Source: Lama glama (Eukaryota). Taken from it: DNA of 60,000 bases. Positions 9,676 to 22,002 of this stretch are shown here, piece by piece. A program made the position numbers and the translations under genes. Numbering within the stretch: the first letter of the stretch is position 1; each line of letters opens with the position of its first letter. The notes under the pieces are model-generated. The model did no database searches and was not told where the DNA came from. It was given only the letters and a program-made list of their open reading frames with translations. Location of the stretch: contig CM052817.1 of NCBI GenBank assembly GCA_028534125.1, positions 1,800,001 through 1,860,000 of the forward strand, written 5' to 3'.

Positions 9676-12069
9676 GTGAGTGCTGGCCCGCTGCCGGTCC
9701 CCACCCGGCGACCGCGTCCCTGCGGACCCCGACCCCGCGGCGACAGGGCCGCGCGCGGTCCCCGAGCCCCCCCCCCCCCGGCCCTGCGCGGGTCTCCGTC
9801 CCTCCCTCGGCCTCCCCCGAAGGCACCGAGGCTGTCCGGGCCCCAGGCCTGTGCTTTCTCGGCTGCGAAGTTGGGAAGGAACGGGGCTGTGTTGTGAGCA
9901 AGACTCGGCAGAGCCGAGGCCGCGTCCCGTTTGGCTTCCTCTGGGCCCCTCCCCGTCCCCCTCCTCCTTGTCCGCGAGGGAGGAGGGCTGGGGGCGCGGG
10001 ACCTGCGCGGGAGCCCGGAATGGAGCCGCGGCGATGCGGGGTGTGATGACATCATGCCTCGGGACGTCGGGGTTGGGAGGCGGGGGCGCGCGGGGACGCG
10101 GGCCAATGGACAGTCTTGCACCGAGGGCCCTTTTAAACCGCCTCTGACTCGGGGCTGTGTGCCCAGTCTCAAGGCACTTCCTTCAGCTCGGGAATCGCAG
10201 TGGTGGCTACAGGAATTAAAGCGTCAGGAAGAGACCCGCCTGTCCCAGTTCAACTTGGTCTTGCAGGCACTTGAATGAGTTGTGGTTGCCAAGTTAGTAG
10301 TGAACCATTTAGATGGTTATTATTCACAAGAGAGAAATAATAAAATTGCCTTAAATATTAGAAAGAGTTGACTGGAGTTTATTACCTGTCTGCAGTTGGA
10401 AATAAAATGACGTATTGCCGAGGGAGAGGTTAATTGCCGGGGGCGAATGCTGTGCGTTGCACGAGTGTTGTAGTCCGGCTTGCCAGAACACAGGTGTCTG
10501 CGGACCCCGGAGACGGCTCCTGTTGCTCGCGTCCCGGTAGTGTTTGGAAGCTAGGGGTCTCTGTTGCTTGTGCCAGGGAAAATTTTTGAAACAGGAAAAG
10601 AGAGACCATTAGTAGCACCTCCTAACAGGCCCCAGGACTTTCCCCTGAAGTATTTATTGTGTGCTGAGTGTTCAGCAGAGTTTAGGGTGTGCTGCTGCAG
10701 TTCGGCCTTTCTGGCCTCGGGCTTTTTAGTTCTGATCTGCATTTGTGCAGCACGGCATTTAATGAGGACAGTTTTCAAGGCGCAGTCCCTTTAAGAAGCT
10801 CACTCTGTTAAGACTGAGTCACTTTTAGTAATGTTTTCTTCTCTCTGTTTCTGATATGATCCTTGCTGTGTCCTGAGAGTTTAACTAGAAAATGAGGATT
10901 TGGGGGGTGATGTCTTATCTGTTGGAACAAAATTTAGAAGTTTTTTCTTCTAAAAGGTGAAAAATCTGGATACTTAGAGAAAAATGTGTATTTTTAAATA
11001 ACCCATTCCAGACTTACCGGGGAGTGCTTCTTCAGGAGGTAGAGGTCACGGAAGGTCACATATTGTGTGGATCTTGTGTAAACGTGGGAAGTGCTGTGCA
11101 GGGCTCTGAGCGGGAGGGAAGGGCTTACTGCTGTCCCTGTCTGCTTGTTCAGACACCTGGTCAGTCTAAAAATGTGTCTGCTCTTTCTTATGCTGATTTG
11201 ACAGAAACTGAATTTGCTTATCCTCTTCAAAATATGGATATAAAGAGGGTTCCTTCTAAAGCCGGCTTGACAAAGTAGATAGATTTTGTTTCATTACTTT
11301 ATTTGAAGGAAATGTGTGATTGACTTGCTTTTGAAATCTAAATTATTATTTTTGCAAAAATAATACATTAGCTTGATACAAATTCCAAAATTACGAAGAG
11401 GTGATTACATTGTCTCCGTCCCACTCCCTGCTCTAGAGTACCTACCTCCATTCCCAGAGGCAAGCACTGTGACACTTCCTCCTCATGCACCCTACCAGAT
11501 ACAACCTGTGTATACATGAAGATAGATACTAAATTTTTTAAAAACAAAAGTACTTCAGAATAATAACTTTGGAGTTTTCTCAGCATGCTCTGAAATAAGC
11601 TGCTTTGGGCTTAATTGTAGTTATTTTAAATAAAGTGCATAAATATCATATTTTTATGTACTTTGCTGTTGAAAAAGCAGATATTCATTAATTCTGAGTA
11701 GCAAACTCAGTGGTTACACTTTTGGATCTTGGCATTTCTGTTCAGCTGCTTCAGCTGAAAAATCCATCCCTCACAGTGAGACTGGCCAAAAGCAGTTGAA
11801 AGCACCTGTTCTGTTTTTATGGCCCTTGGTCTCTGTGGCACTGCAGTGTCACCAGCCACGCGTGGACTGCAGTTGAAGGATCTGAGTACCGCGCTCTGCT
11901 CAGCATGTGGCAGGCAGGGGTTTTGGGTGGGAGTGGCTGCAGTCTCAGCCAGGCTGGCGTGCAGGGGGTGCCAGAGCTTGGGAGGGTCCTAACTGTAATT
12001 GTGAGGCAGGTGACATTGGCATTGAGCACTTTCTCTTTCTCCTTCAGACTCCCACCTGGTTTTTCCCTG

Positions 12070-12790
12070 GCTTTATTTATTCATCAGTAAATATTTGCTG
12101 AACATCTAATGTGTGTGCCAGCCCCTATCCTAATAGATGCAGGGCTATGAAATGATGTTTTACTGAGGAACATGGACCATAAACAGGATAGATAAGTAAA
12201 TATACGGTGTGTTAGACAATGACAAATGGAGGAGGAACTGCAAAGCAGGGACGGGGACTAGGGAATGTTAGGGTTAATAAGCTGCTGGCGTTTTGGATAA
12301 GAAAGGCCCAGGGCAGGTGCACTGAGATGGTGGCTTTTGAGTACCTGCCAGCAGAGAGTCAGGGTGGCTGTAAAGGTGTGTGGAGGAGGGGAGTCCCATG
12401 CAGGGGAACAGGTCAAGCCCCCCTGTTTGAGGACTAGCCAGGAGGTCAGTTTGGCCAGTTGAGTTAGGGACAGGGAGACCTAGGAGGAGGCGAGATCAGG
12501 AGGCCCTTGGCTCAGGGTGGATAGAGATGTTGGCATTTATTCTGCGTGAGGCGGGAAGTCGTTGGAGTCTGGTCAGAGGAGTGGCAGGACCTGAGTTGCC
12601 TTTTCAGATGAACACTGGCTGAGAACAGACTGCAGGGAATCTCGAGCAGGAGCCGGAAGCCAGTTGGGAACCTACCAATGCCACTGGGTAAGAGGTGAGG
12701 GTGGATTGTATCAGGACGCTGGTGGTGGCACCACGCTGGTGGTGGCACGGTGGCAGAAGTAACTGAGTTTTGAAGGTGGGACCAGTAGGG
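12070..12790 (-). mobile_element. L2 LINE remnant
   Basis: attcatcagtaaatatttgctgaacatct...tgtgccag is the reverse complement of the L2 3' end, followed by a purine-rich L2 body. Confidence 0.7.
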
Positions 12791-13009
12791 CTTGTTCACC
12801 TCTGTCTGCTAAGTATAACGTAATGTCTCCATCGTTGGTGTTACCAGTTAGGGTTCTATTCTGCTGCAGATAACAGAAAAGTGCTGCGGTGACGTAAACA
12901 GGCCAGAGTGTATTCCAGGGCAGAATTAGTGTCTGAGGAAGCCCAGCAGTGACTAGGGCCCCACCCTCTTTCTTTTGCTTGATGTGTAAGTGTCCTCGTC
13001 CTTTCCCGT

Positions 13010-13780
13010 TTGCGTTACTTGTCTGCTGTTGGACTGTAACGCCCCTTCCTGACCTAGGTGCTGGCCCTTCTCAGACATGCGGTTTGTGAACAGATACTCC
13101 CTCTCTGTGGGCTACCTCTTCTTTCCCTTTTTTCCTTTTCCCTCCTCATTTTTCGGTGGTGTCCTTTGAAGCACAGAGGTTTTTAATTTTGATGAAGTCC
13201 AGTTTTCTCTTTTGTCTCTGTTTGTTGTGCTTTAGTTGTTATCTAAGAAATTGTGCCTAATTCAAGGTCACAGAGATTTGTTACTCCTATGTTTTCTTCT
13301 AAGAACTTCATGGTTTCAGCTCTTACTTTAGGGCTTTGATCCATTTTGGGTTAATGTTTGTCTTACAGTGTTAGGTAAGGGTCCGACTTCATTCTTTTGC
13401 ATGTGGATTATCCAGCTGTTCCAGCGCCGCTAGTTGCAAAGACTGTTCTTTCCCCTTTGAATTGTCTCAGCAGCTTTGTTGAAAATTAACAGCCCGTAAA
13501 GTGTATAGTTTTACCTCTGGACTCTTAATTCTGTCCCATGGGTCTGCCAGTCCTCTACAGTCTTGACTACTGTCGTTTTGTGTCACAATATGAACTGTGA
13601 GTCCTCCAACTTTATTCTTTTTCGGGGTGGTGTTGGCTGTTCTGGACCCCTTGCATCTCCATATGAATTGTAAGATCAGATTGTTGGTTACTACAGAGAA
13701 GCCAGCTGGGATTCTCTGACAGGTCACACTGAACGTGCAGATCATTTTGGGGAGTACTGGCATCTTCACATTAAGTCTTC
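13010..13780 (-). mobile_element. L1 ORF2 fragment
   Basis: ORF 13467..13769 (KMPVLPKMI...LQFIWRCKG...KNKVGGLT) resembles L1 ORF2p. Confidence 0.85.
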
Positions 13781-13786
13781 TGACTG

Positions 13787-14072
13787 GTGACTGTTGGCAA
13801 ACTCTTTATGTAGATGGTCAGGTGGTAAATGTCTTGGACTCCAGCTGCTCAACTCTGCCATTGTAGGCAAAAAGCAGCCAGGAGCACTATGTAAATGAGT
13901 GAAGGTGCCTCCGTTCCAGTACAGTTCTATGAATGACACTGAAATTCGAACTGCATACAATTTTCACGTGTCGTAAAATATTATTCTTTGATTTTTTTTT
14001 GTCAACCATTCAAAAATGTAAAAACATTTCTTAGACTGGCCAAAACAGGTGGGCCTGGTTTGCCCTCTGCCG
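13787..14072. mobile_element. MER58B-like hAT-Charlie element
   Basis: ttggcaaact...ctcaactctgccattgtag...aaagcagcc...acactgaaattcgaa...tcaaccattcaaaaatgtaaaaac. Confidence 0.75.
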
Positions 14073-14721
14073 GATTAGATACCGTAGGACCGCTTTTGGG
14101 AAGGATTTCTTTTTTGGTTGCTTGCCTTTTATTAACTAGCTTAAAAAATTATGAAAGTTACGCATGTACCTTGTAACAACATCTTCACATAGTACAGAAG
14201 GTAGAAAAACAAAGCCTTCCTCCCAGGCTGTCCTAGTCTCACTTTCTAAAAATTACAACTGTTAAGCTTCTTTTGTCTTCTCTGATTTTTTAATGCATAT
14301 GCCAGCTTTTAAATGTATCCTTTTTTTTTGTTTGTGTGACCGAGATCATGGTTTTTCACTTAGCAGTATATCAAAGACACAGCGGTGCATACAATTCTTT
14401 TCACGTGCTCTGCAGTATTGTCGTTTCTCTTTAAAAGGGGACTTACAGAGATGTGCAGGCAGAGGTCTCGCACTGTCCTGGCTTTCACATGGGCTGTTGA
14501 TGTTTCTCTCCACCTTAAGAGGCCCTGTCCCATTACCTTTGGTCCCTGCAAGTGAGCCAAGCACGGGGTAAGCTACCTTGGAATGGACTCAAGACATTTA
14601 GTCTAATTCAGACAACAGGAATGAAAAATAAAAGCCAGTATAAGACACTATCTAGCACTGTGTTAAATGGAACCAGCTCGGGTGCTAGAGACAATATGAA
14701 TTAGAGACAAGATACGTTGTA

Positions 14722-14891
14722 GATCCTTGCTGCTCAGAGTGTGGTCTCAGGGCCAGCAATTTACTGTCACTTGGGAGCTTATTAGAAGTACAGAATCACT
14801 GCCGGACCTTAGACCTGCTGAATCAGAGCCTGCATTTTAACACGATTTGTGAGCAATTTATGTGCACACCAAGGCTTGGGAAGCTCCACTG
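14722..14891. mobile_element. MER5A-like hAT element
   Basis: ctcagagtgtggtc...gggagcttattagaa...agacctgctgaatcaga..ctgcattttaaca. Confidence 0.75.
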
Positions 14892-15549
14892 TAGACGATC
14901 AGGCCTTTGCTGTTGTTCATAATGCTGCCAGCACGTGGGAGGGAGGATGTAGGTTGCTTACATATGTCCAGGAGGAGCTGAGGCAGTGTCATTTCTCTGT
15001 CCGAGGGTCCCAGAGCCTTTGTGTGGCTGCACAGTTGATTGTAACCCTGACAAGCTAGCTGCGGTGGGTGCTGAGAGCTCCAGCTACTGGGAGTGGGGAT
15101 GCACGTGGGGTTGGACTAGAAGACCAGTAGCATCCCCTTCAGCCGGTGTGCCCAGGCCTGTTCTGGGCCTCAGGGTTACAGCAGCCAGCCAGGCCGGGGT
15201 GCTGTGTGCTGTGGAGGAAAGCAGAGCTGAATGAAGAGGGGAGGGGCTGTGCGGTTTACGTAGGGGGTGACCCTGAAGCAGAGGGAGGGAGCAAGCAGAG
15301 TGGGTGTCTGGAGGAGGAGAGGTCCAGGCGGAGGGAGCAAGGAGGAGTGCCTTCCAACTGGAGGAGTGGTGTGGAGGCCAGGGGCTGAAGCAGAATGAAG
15401 GGCCGAAGTAGGAGGTGGGGGCAACCGTGCGGGGCCTTGGACCCCAATATAAGGGCTTTGGATTTTTCAATGAGCAGAAGATGCATGCTTGTGTAGTAAA
15501 ACAAGTGGTGTGACTTAGGATCCTAAAAGATTACTTTGCCAACTCCAAG

Positions 15550-16365
15550 TGCTGGTGCAGGTGAAACTGGGTCACTTAATCATTGCTGCTTATAAAATGG
15601 ACTATAAAATGGACAGCTACTCTGGAAAACAGTTGCAGTTTCTTCTGAACTGAACGTGCACTGCCCTGGTACGTGCACTCCTGGGTATTCATCCCAGAGA
15701 AAGAGAAACTTACGTTAACAAGAAAACCTATACACGGTGTATGCAGCAGCTTTATTCATAACAGTCCCAGATAGAAGCAGCTTAAATGTCCTTCAGCAGG
15801 TGAATGGTTAAGCTACTCAGCAATAAAAAGGAACAGACTCCAGATAGTGTGTGCAACAGCTTAGATGAATCTTGAGGAACTTACGCTAGTGAAAACCGCC
15901 AATCCCAGAAGGTTACATACTGGATGGTTCTGTTTATGTAATATTTTTGAAATGACACAGTTTTAGGAGTGGAGAATAGATGAGTGGCTGCTAGGGTGCT
16001 GGGTTGGGGGAAGGAGTGGAGGGAGTTGGGAGGGAGGTGGGTGTGGTTCTGAGAGCAGCTCAGGGGGTCCTCGGCGTGATGGCAGTGTTCCTTATCTTGA
16101 CCGTGGTGGTGGATTCAGAAACTTACACATCTGATAAAATTGTGTAGAACAAAATACACACATCACACAAGTGGGTAAAAGTAAAACTGAAAGTCTAAAT
16201 AAAGATCAGTGGATTGTGTCAGTGTCAGTGTCCTGCCTGTGACATTTTACTAGTTTTGCAGAAAGTTACCGTGGGGGGAAGCTGGGTAAAGTGTACACTG
16301 GATTTCTTTCATTTCTTATGATTGCACGTAAATCTACAATTAACTCAATAAAGATTTCAGTTAAC
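15550..16365 (+). mobile_element. L1M (MC/MD-like) 3' end
   Basis: gcagcagctttattcataa, aaatgtccttcagcaggtgaatggtt, ctactcagcaataaaaaggaa; terminal ctcaataaaga. Confidence 0.8.
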
Positions 16366-16584
16366 AAAAAAGGCCACCCTGGTGGACGGGGAGCAGGAGG
16401 GAAAGAGGCTGTGAAAATAATCAAAGCTGATTTGAAGTAATCAAATCAGTTGGGAGGCTCCTGAAATGATCAGAGCTGGAGGTGCTGGCAGCTTGTGCCC
16501 AGACTCATACCGGCAGTGAGGTGGCGAGAAGTGGTCAGGTTCCTTCCTCTTGGGAAGAAGAGCTGACAGGATTTGCAGACAGAG

Positions 16585-16890
16585 TTTTTAAAAAATCGAG
16601 ATTGTGATTTTTGTATCATAAAATTCATCATTTCAAAATGTACAATTTGGTGATTCTCAGTATATTCACAAGGTTCTGTAAGCATCACTACTGTCTAATT
16701 TCTGGAGCATTTCACCCCCTGGAAAAGAAGGCTCCTCCCGATTAGCGGTCACGCCCCGTTTTCCCTTTCCCAGCCCCTGGCAACCGCTGATCTATTTCCG
16801 TCTCTGGATTTGCCTGTTCTGGACATTTTTTATAGCCAGAATCACACAGCATGGGGCCTTTGGTGTGAGGCTTCGTTCACGGAGCACAAC
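16585..16890 (-). mobile_element. L1M 3' end fragment
   Basis: cataaaattcatcatttcaaaatgtacaatt...cccagcccctggcaacc...ggatttgcctgttctggacattt. Confidence 0.75.
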
Positions 16891-18307
16891 GGACTGGATT
16901 TTGACTGGCACCTTCGTTGTTGGTAATTGTTACCGTCTTCAGTTAAATCACCAGTAAGAAGGCTTTAACAGCCCTTTGCCGAAGACCGTGTAGTGGGAAA
17001 TCTTGGGCCTTGGTTCCCCTAATCAGACAGTACTTTTATTTTACAATTATGTATGAAATATAATTCGAAAATGACTTTTGGTGTCTCTTTCCTTCTTAGA
17101 AAATATTCTCTCTGAAAGAGTCCTGATTTTCTAGGGACACTCTCACATTGGTGCTGTACTTGGCCACAGTTAAGGAGCCGCTGGTGTGGAGTCAGAAGAC
17201 CTGGATCCCTGCCCGGCCACCTACTGCCCTGCTCCTGCAGGCAGGCAGTTCCTGGCTCTTGGTTCTGCTCCCTGGGGTGGGGGGGGGTGCTGGGCACCGA
17301 CTTGAAATGTGGACGTGAGAGGACATGTGAGGACGAATAGCCAGACGAGCACAAGATGAGTGATTGTTTTCCGTTCCTTGGATAGTCCAGGGCCCCCTTG
17401 CACAACCTCAGCCTGGAATCAGATTTCTCATGTGTAATCTTAAAATAACAATTCTAAAAGTAAGAGTTTAGATGACAGGGCCTGAATTCCCATGTTCACA
17501 GTTAGTTCCTTGGTCAGCATGTTCATGTGATTGTAGTGTGCGGTGGAGTCCTTGATTCTCGTATTTCCCTCCTTACAAGTGCGTCTTTATGCTGCTTTGC
17601 ACAGTTAGAGGGGCTGACTGAGGCTTGTTTTCACTTTGAAGGTAGATTTAAAATGACTACGTTTACCAAAAACAGTTGAAGGGTCAGGACTGTTCTTACC
17701 CCGTTTGTGCAGCACTCACCCTGTTCAGCCAGTCCCTGCCCAGAAGGGAGGTTCCGTTTTCACATCAATCTCCAGACTTACTCTTCACGTAGAACCAGTC
17801 AGTCAGACACACCAGTTCGTCAGTCTAGTTAAACTCCACGGGAGGATGCGATCGTTGTAGTTTTCTTTAACTTGTGGGTTCGTGTATTGGACCAAATAAG
17901 ATGAGAAGGCGGGATCTCAGGCAGGGACCGGGGAATGTGCAAGAGCTGAGTCTGAAGACGCATGGCCAGGATGACTGTGCGGCCCTGCAGGTTTGCTTTG
18001 CTGACCAGGGATAGAGGCTGGAATGTATGTGGCCTGAGGCCAGGTTGTACTGGGCCTGCGCCAGGTGGGAGTGCTTGTTACTTTTGCTGATAAAACTACC
18101 TTGCTGCCCTGATAACCTCTCAGTGGGTGGCGCCGGAAGGATTGTTTTTTCATTTACTGATACTTTTGCGTAATGCCTTTTTGTTGGGGTGTCTGAGGGT
18201 AAAGTCTGACCCTCACACTTTAAAATGTGGGTATGCTTCAGTGTGATAGAAGAGGAGATTTTATAAGATTTTGGTTACACTTGCCTGACTTTTTAAACTG
18301 GTATTTT

Positions 18308-18402
18308 AAAATTTTTCCCTTGACGGAGGTACTGGGGACTGAACCCAGGACCTCATGCGTGCCAAGCGCGTGCTCGACCACTGAGCTGTACCCCCCCACC
18401 CC
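18308..18402 (-). mobile_element. tRNA-derived SINE (Vic-1-like)
   Basis: Reverse complement reads tacagctcagtggtcgagcacgcgcttggcacgcatgaggtcctgggttcagtccccagtacctcc (A and B boxes); TSD actggtatttt/actagtatttt. Confidence 0.85.
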
Positions 18403-19090
18403 TATACTAGTATTTTTAGAGTTTGGCTGTGACGTAGTAAGATTTTGTAGTTCTTTAATGATAATATGTTAATTATACACGTTTAACCATGTTCGGAATA
18501 AAAGTGGATTTAAGAAAAAAAAGGAGCAAAATCAAAGTATTTTGGTAGCAATCGTGCTTCTCAGAATAGGTACTTAGTAGTTACTGTTTGAATTTTAATA
18601 GTAAGACTAGTAACTGTTGAAGACTGACTCTGTCAGCCTGAAGAATCTTATGATTTTGGGGTTATCTACTGAGTGTGGTTAAGTTTAAATATACTATGGC
18701 AGATTTTTTTTTCCCTCGAAAGTGTTTGGATTGCTGGAAAATGATTGTGGATGAATTAGGAAGAAGAATATAAAACATACGCTTTCTTCGTAGCTAATGG
18801 TGGTAGGAAGCGCACAGCCCTCTTTCTGGCAGGAGGGTCATGACAGTCAGGGTCCTCAGGAGCCTGCGGTACTGGTGTCTCGGCCGCAGCCGGAGAACCC
18901 AGGGCTGCGGCTGGGACTCCGTGTGGTGCCTGAGTTCAAGCCTGTGGGGTTGCTCCATGATTTCTGTGCTTTTTAAGCTTTGCTGTTTCTACTTTTCTTT
19001 CCATCTCTTGGTTCTAGAAACTCATGTTTAAAGTAATCCTCATTTATCTTCTGAATCCTACTTGTAAGACAGACTCAAGAACTTTAGAGT

Positions 19091-19176
19091 TGGGGGAGGA
19101 TATAGCTCGGTAGAGCGTGTGCTTAGCATGCACGAGGTCTTGGGTTCAACCCCCAGTACTGCCATTTAAAAAAAAA
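19091..19176 (+). mobile_element. tRNA-derived SINE (Vic-1-like)
   Basis: ggggaggatatagctcggtagagcgtgtgcttagcatgcacgaggtcttgggttcaacccccagtact plus A tail; 14-bp TSD aagaactttagagt/aagaacttttgagt. Confidence 0.9.
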
Positions 19177-20687
19177 AAGAACTTTTGAGTCAGTGTTAAT
19201 GTGTATTTAACCTGCTCTCCTAGAGAAAACACTTATTTATCTATTCCTTTGTTATCGGTCCACGAAACACCTGTCCAGTGTAGATGTGCTGAGTGCTGGT
19301 GGTAGAGACACCGTACGGTCCTTCCTGTTTGTCCATCACCCCTCAGAAGGTAATTACAGGAGCAGTTACTACCAAAGAGTGTGGTTGGGGCGAGCGGGGC
19401 CTGGGGTAGTGTCCTGGGTGAATAAGGCAGGCTTTCCCCCGCCAGGAGCACAGAGGAGGAGCTGGACCCAAGCAGACAACGGAAGGCGTTTTTATTTTAC
19501 TGGGTGAGATCGGTGTTCTGTCTTTGACTTTTTGCTAGTTCATAAACTTCCGCTCAAGTCCTGGCATGGGGAACAGCACATGCAGGTCTTAATGAAATGA
19601 GGCAGCAGGTCTAGAGAGCTGTGTTGTCATTGTCATTGTCATTGTTAACTGTATTCCTTTCTTTTACTCCACACCTGAGGAGAGAGACAGTTCTTTTTAA
19701 AACTCACGTTTGTATTTCTCACTTCTAAAAAGATAGATGAGTGTTCCGTGGGCCTAGCCGGTTCTCCATCAGGCACATGGGTAACTTGTGTGAAGCCATT
19801 AACTTTTACTCTCTTTTGGTGCCCTGGTGGCTCTGCTGGGAAATCTACACCTGGAAACCCTACATGGTCATCTGTAACCACGGAAATGGTTGGCATGTTG
19901 ACATTCTGCTTGTGTCAGTGCGTGGTGCTGTCTTACCAAGTCCAGGCAGCATTTTGTGCTTCGTACCTGCAGCGATAATGCAGCCTGAGGGGTCCTTGGG
20001 CGTCCCTCCCTCTCCGGCCCGTGGCAGCCCCCGGCACTCAGCACAGCAGTCTGTCTTCCGAGTGCAGGTGAGGCCTCAAAGCGCTCTCCAGGCTGTGCCC
20101 TGGGTGGCCATGACCAACTGGTCAGGACTGGCTCCTCAGAGACCCCTGGGTGCCACTCATACAGCTGAGCCCCTTCAGTCACAGTTGAAAAATGCAGACT
20201 TAGGTGCAGGCACTTGCCGTGAATCACACGCCCACCACCTTTCGGGTTGGGAGGTGGAGGTTCTGCTTAGATTCTGAGTGCTGAGAATCTGAGGTTGTGA
20301 ATGCTTCTACTCCAACCACCATTAAGTTGTGAGGTCCACTTAGTTGAGTGTTTGTCAACCTTTTTCTGATCACCTCTCCCCTAGGAATCGGTGTAGAGCC
20401 CAGTGTGAGAGGCTGCCTGTGGAGGGGCCACTGTCTACGTAGCTAGAAGTCTGGGTGTTTGAATTCAGTTCACTTAAGGCCTTGGCAGATTTTCATTTTG
20501 GAAATCAAAGGGTATTGGGTAAGTGAGTTGGTTTGCTTCCTAAAATGCTTAAAGTGGTCAGTGTTCTTTAATTTTCTCAATGGCTGTCTTAAATTAGGTA
20601 AACTCTAAGCTGCTGTAATGGAAACTCCTTAATGTGGCGGTTCAAAGAAGAGAGTATTTAAATTCGCACAGCACTTTCTCCTTCCTC

Positions 20688-21070
20688 CTTTAAATTGAGG
20701 TGTAACTTATACATAATGAAATGTGCCCTTGTTGGTGTACAGAGCTAAGTTTTGACAGATGCGTAAAGCTGTGTAACTCCTGCCACACTCAAGATTCAGA
20801 ACAGCTCCATCACCTCCAGAGGCTTCCCCCCCACCCCATGCCCCTTTGCTGTCAGGCTCCCCTGGCCCCAGCCTGGCCCTGGAAATGGCTGACCACTTTG
20901 CGCCCCTGCAGGACGTGGGGTGACCGGAACTGCGTGCAGCCTTGCAGCTGTGCGCTGAGGTCCGTCCGTGTGTGCGTCGATGGTTTGCTGCTTTTCACTG
21001 CCGGGCAGTGTTCCACTGTTTGGCTGTGGTGGTTTGTCCACCCACCGGGTGCGGGATGTTTGGGTGTTTC
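20688..21070 (-). mobile_element. Old L1M 3' fragment
   Basis: ttgaggtgtaacttatacataatgaaatg...agttttgacagatgc...caagattcagaacagctccatcacc. Confidence 0.65.
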
Positions 21071-22002
21071 ATAGCGCTTTTGAAGTGGGTAACTCAGGGG
21101 GCAGGTGGGGGTCACTTGGGGTCCAGGTTCCTTCCGTCCTGTTGCTCTGCAGCCTTCTATTGTCTTTATCTGTAGAATCAGAAACTTGAGTGTTAGGACT
21201 GTTTGTTCCAATTGGAGGGAACTGAAAGGGGAGACGCCCGGGGCAGGCCAGCCAGGCGGAAGCTCCTTCTGCTACTTCCGATCCCACTTCCTCTGAGAAC
21301 GGAGTCACGTGTCTGTCCCTGGCTGCAGGGAGGCTCAGCAGTGGAAATTCCAGCTGGAGCCACGTGTCGAGAGAGGGAAGCCTGGCATTTTGACGATGAC
21401 TAGCAGTCTTCAGTGTGGCTTCTCAGGATAAGTCTCTCTCAGGAAAGTGGGAAACACGCAGCCACCAGTCCTCACGGGGTGAACTTCTACTGGGCAGTCG
21501 TCAGGCGCCCTCCCGCAAGCAGCTCTCATTCAGGCCCCACCTGTCCTTCCCTTGGGCCCCTGACCTTCCCCCTTGGAGGCTCTTCCTTGTCTGCTTTCTT
21601 CCCCGGACACATCTGAGGTGCCTTTTGGAGGGTATGTCTTTATTGGATTTGCACAGTTGTAAGAGCCTGTTTCTTCAGATGTACTTTTTGGAGCCTGAAG
21701 GTAGCATTAGGGATAAATTAAATAGTCACTGGTGTTTGTACGTTAGTTTTCTTTCCCCCCTTAGGTAATAGAATGCTCTCAAAAACTTAAACAGTCTTCT
21801 GGTTTCCGTGTTTCTAGTTAGTACAACACACTGGTAACTTTCACACTCAAATTCTTTTCTGGATGCAGTTCTTAAGTCTGCTTTATTTTTGGCTTCCTCT
21901 TTGGATTGTCCCTTTCTCCCTTGTTTCTGTGGCGCCTTGAAGGCGTCTGGAACTGTGGGTGTGGGCAGCTTTAACATCTCCTGCCTTGTTTTTATTAAGC
22001 AG

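Larger units (their letters stand above)
8520..10200. promoter_or_regulatory. CpG island / TATA-less HTT promoter with GC boxes
   Basis: Very high GC and CpG density; GGGCGG boxes at about 9129-9146; ATTGG at 9181; GCTGCCGGGACGG (human TSS-like, recall) at 9271. Confidence 0.92.

Noticed and set aside
15591..15614. 12-bp tandem duplication tataaaatggac x2 with TATA-like words
   Set aside because: Slippage duplication inside an L1 remnant; no promoter context.
19091..19165. tRNA-like sequence
   Set aside because: It has an A tail and TSD and lacks a proper acceptor stem, so it is a tRNA-derived SINE rather than a tRNA gene.
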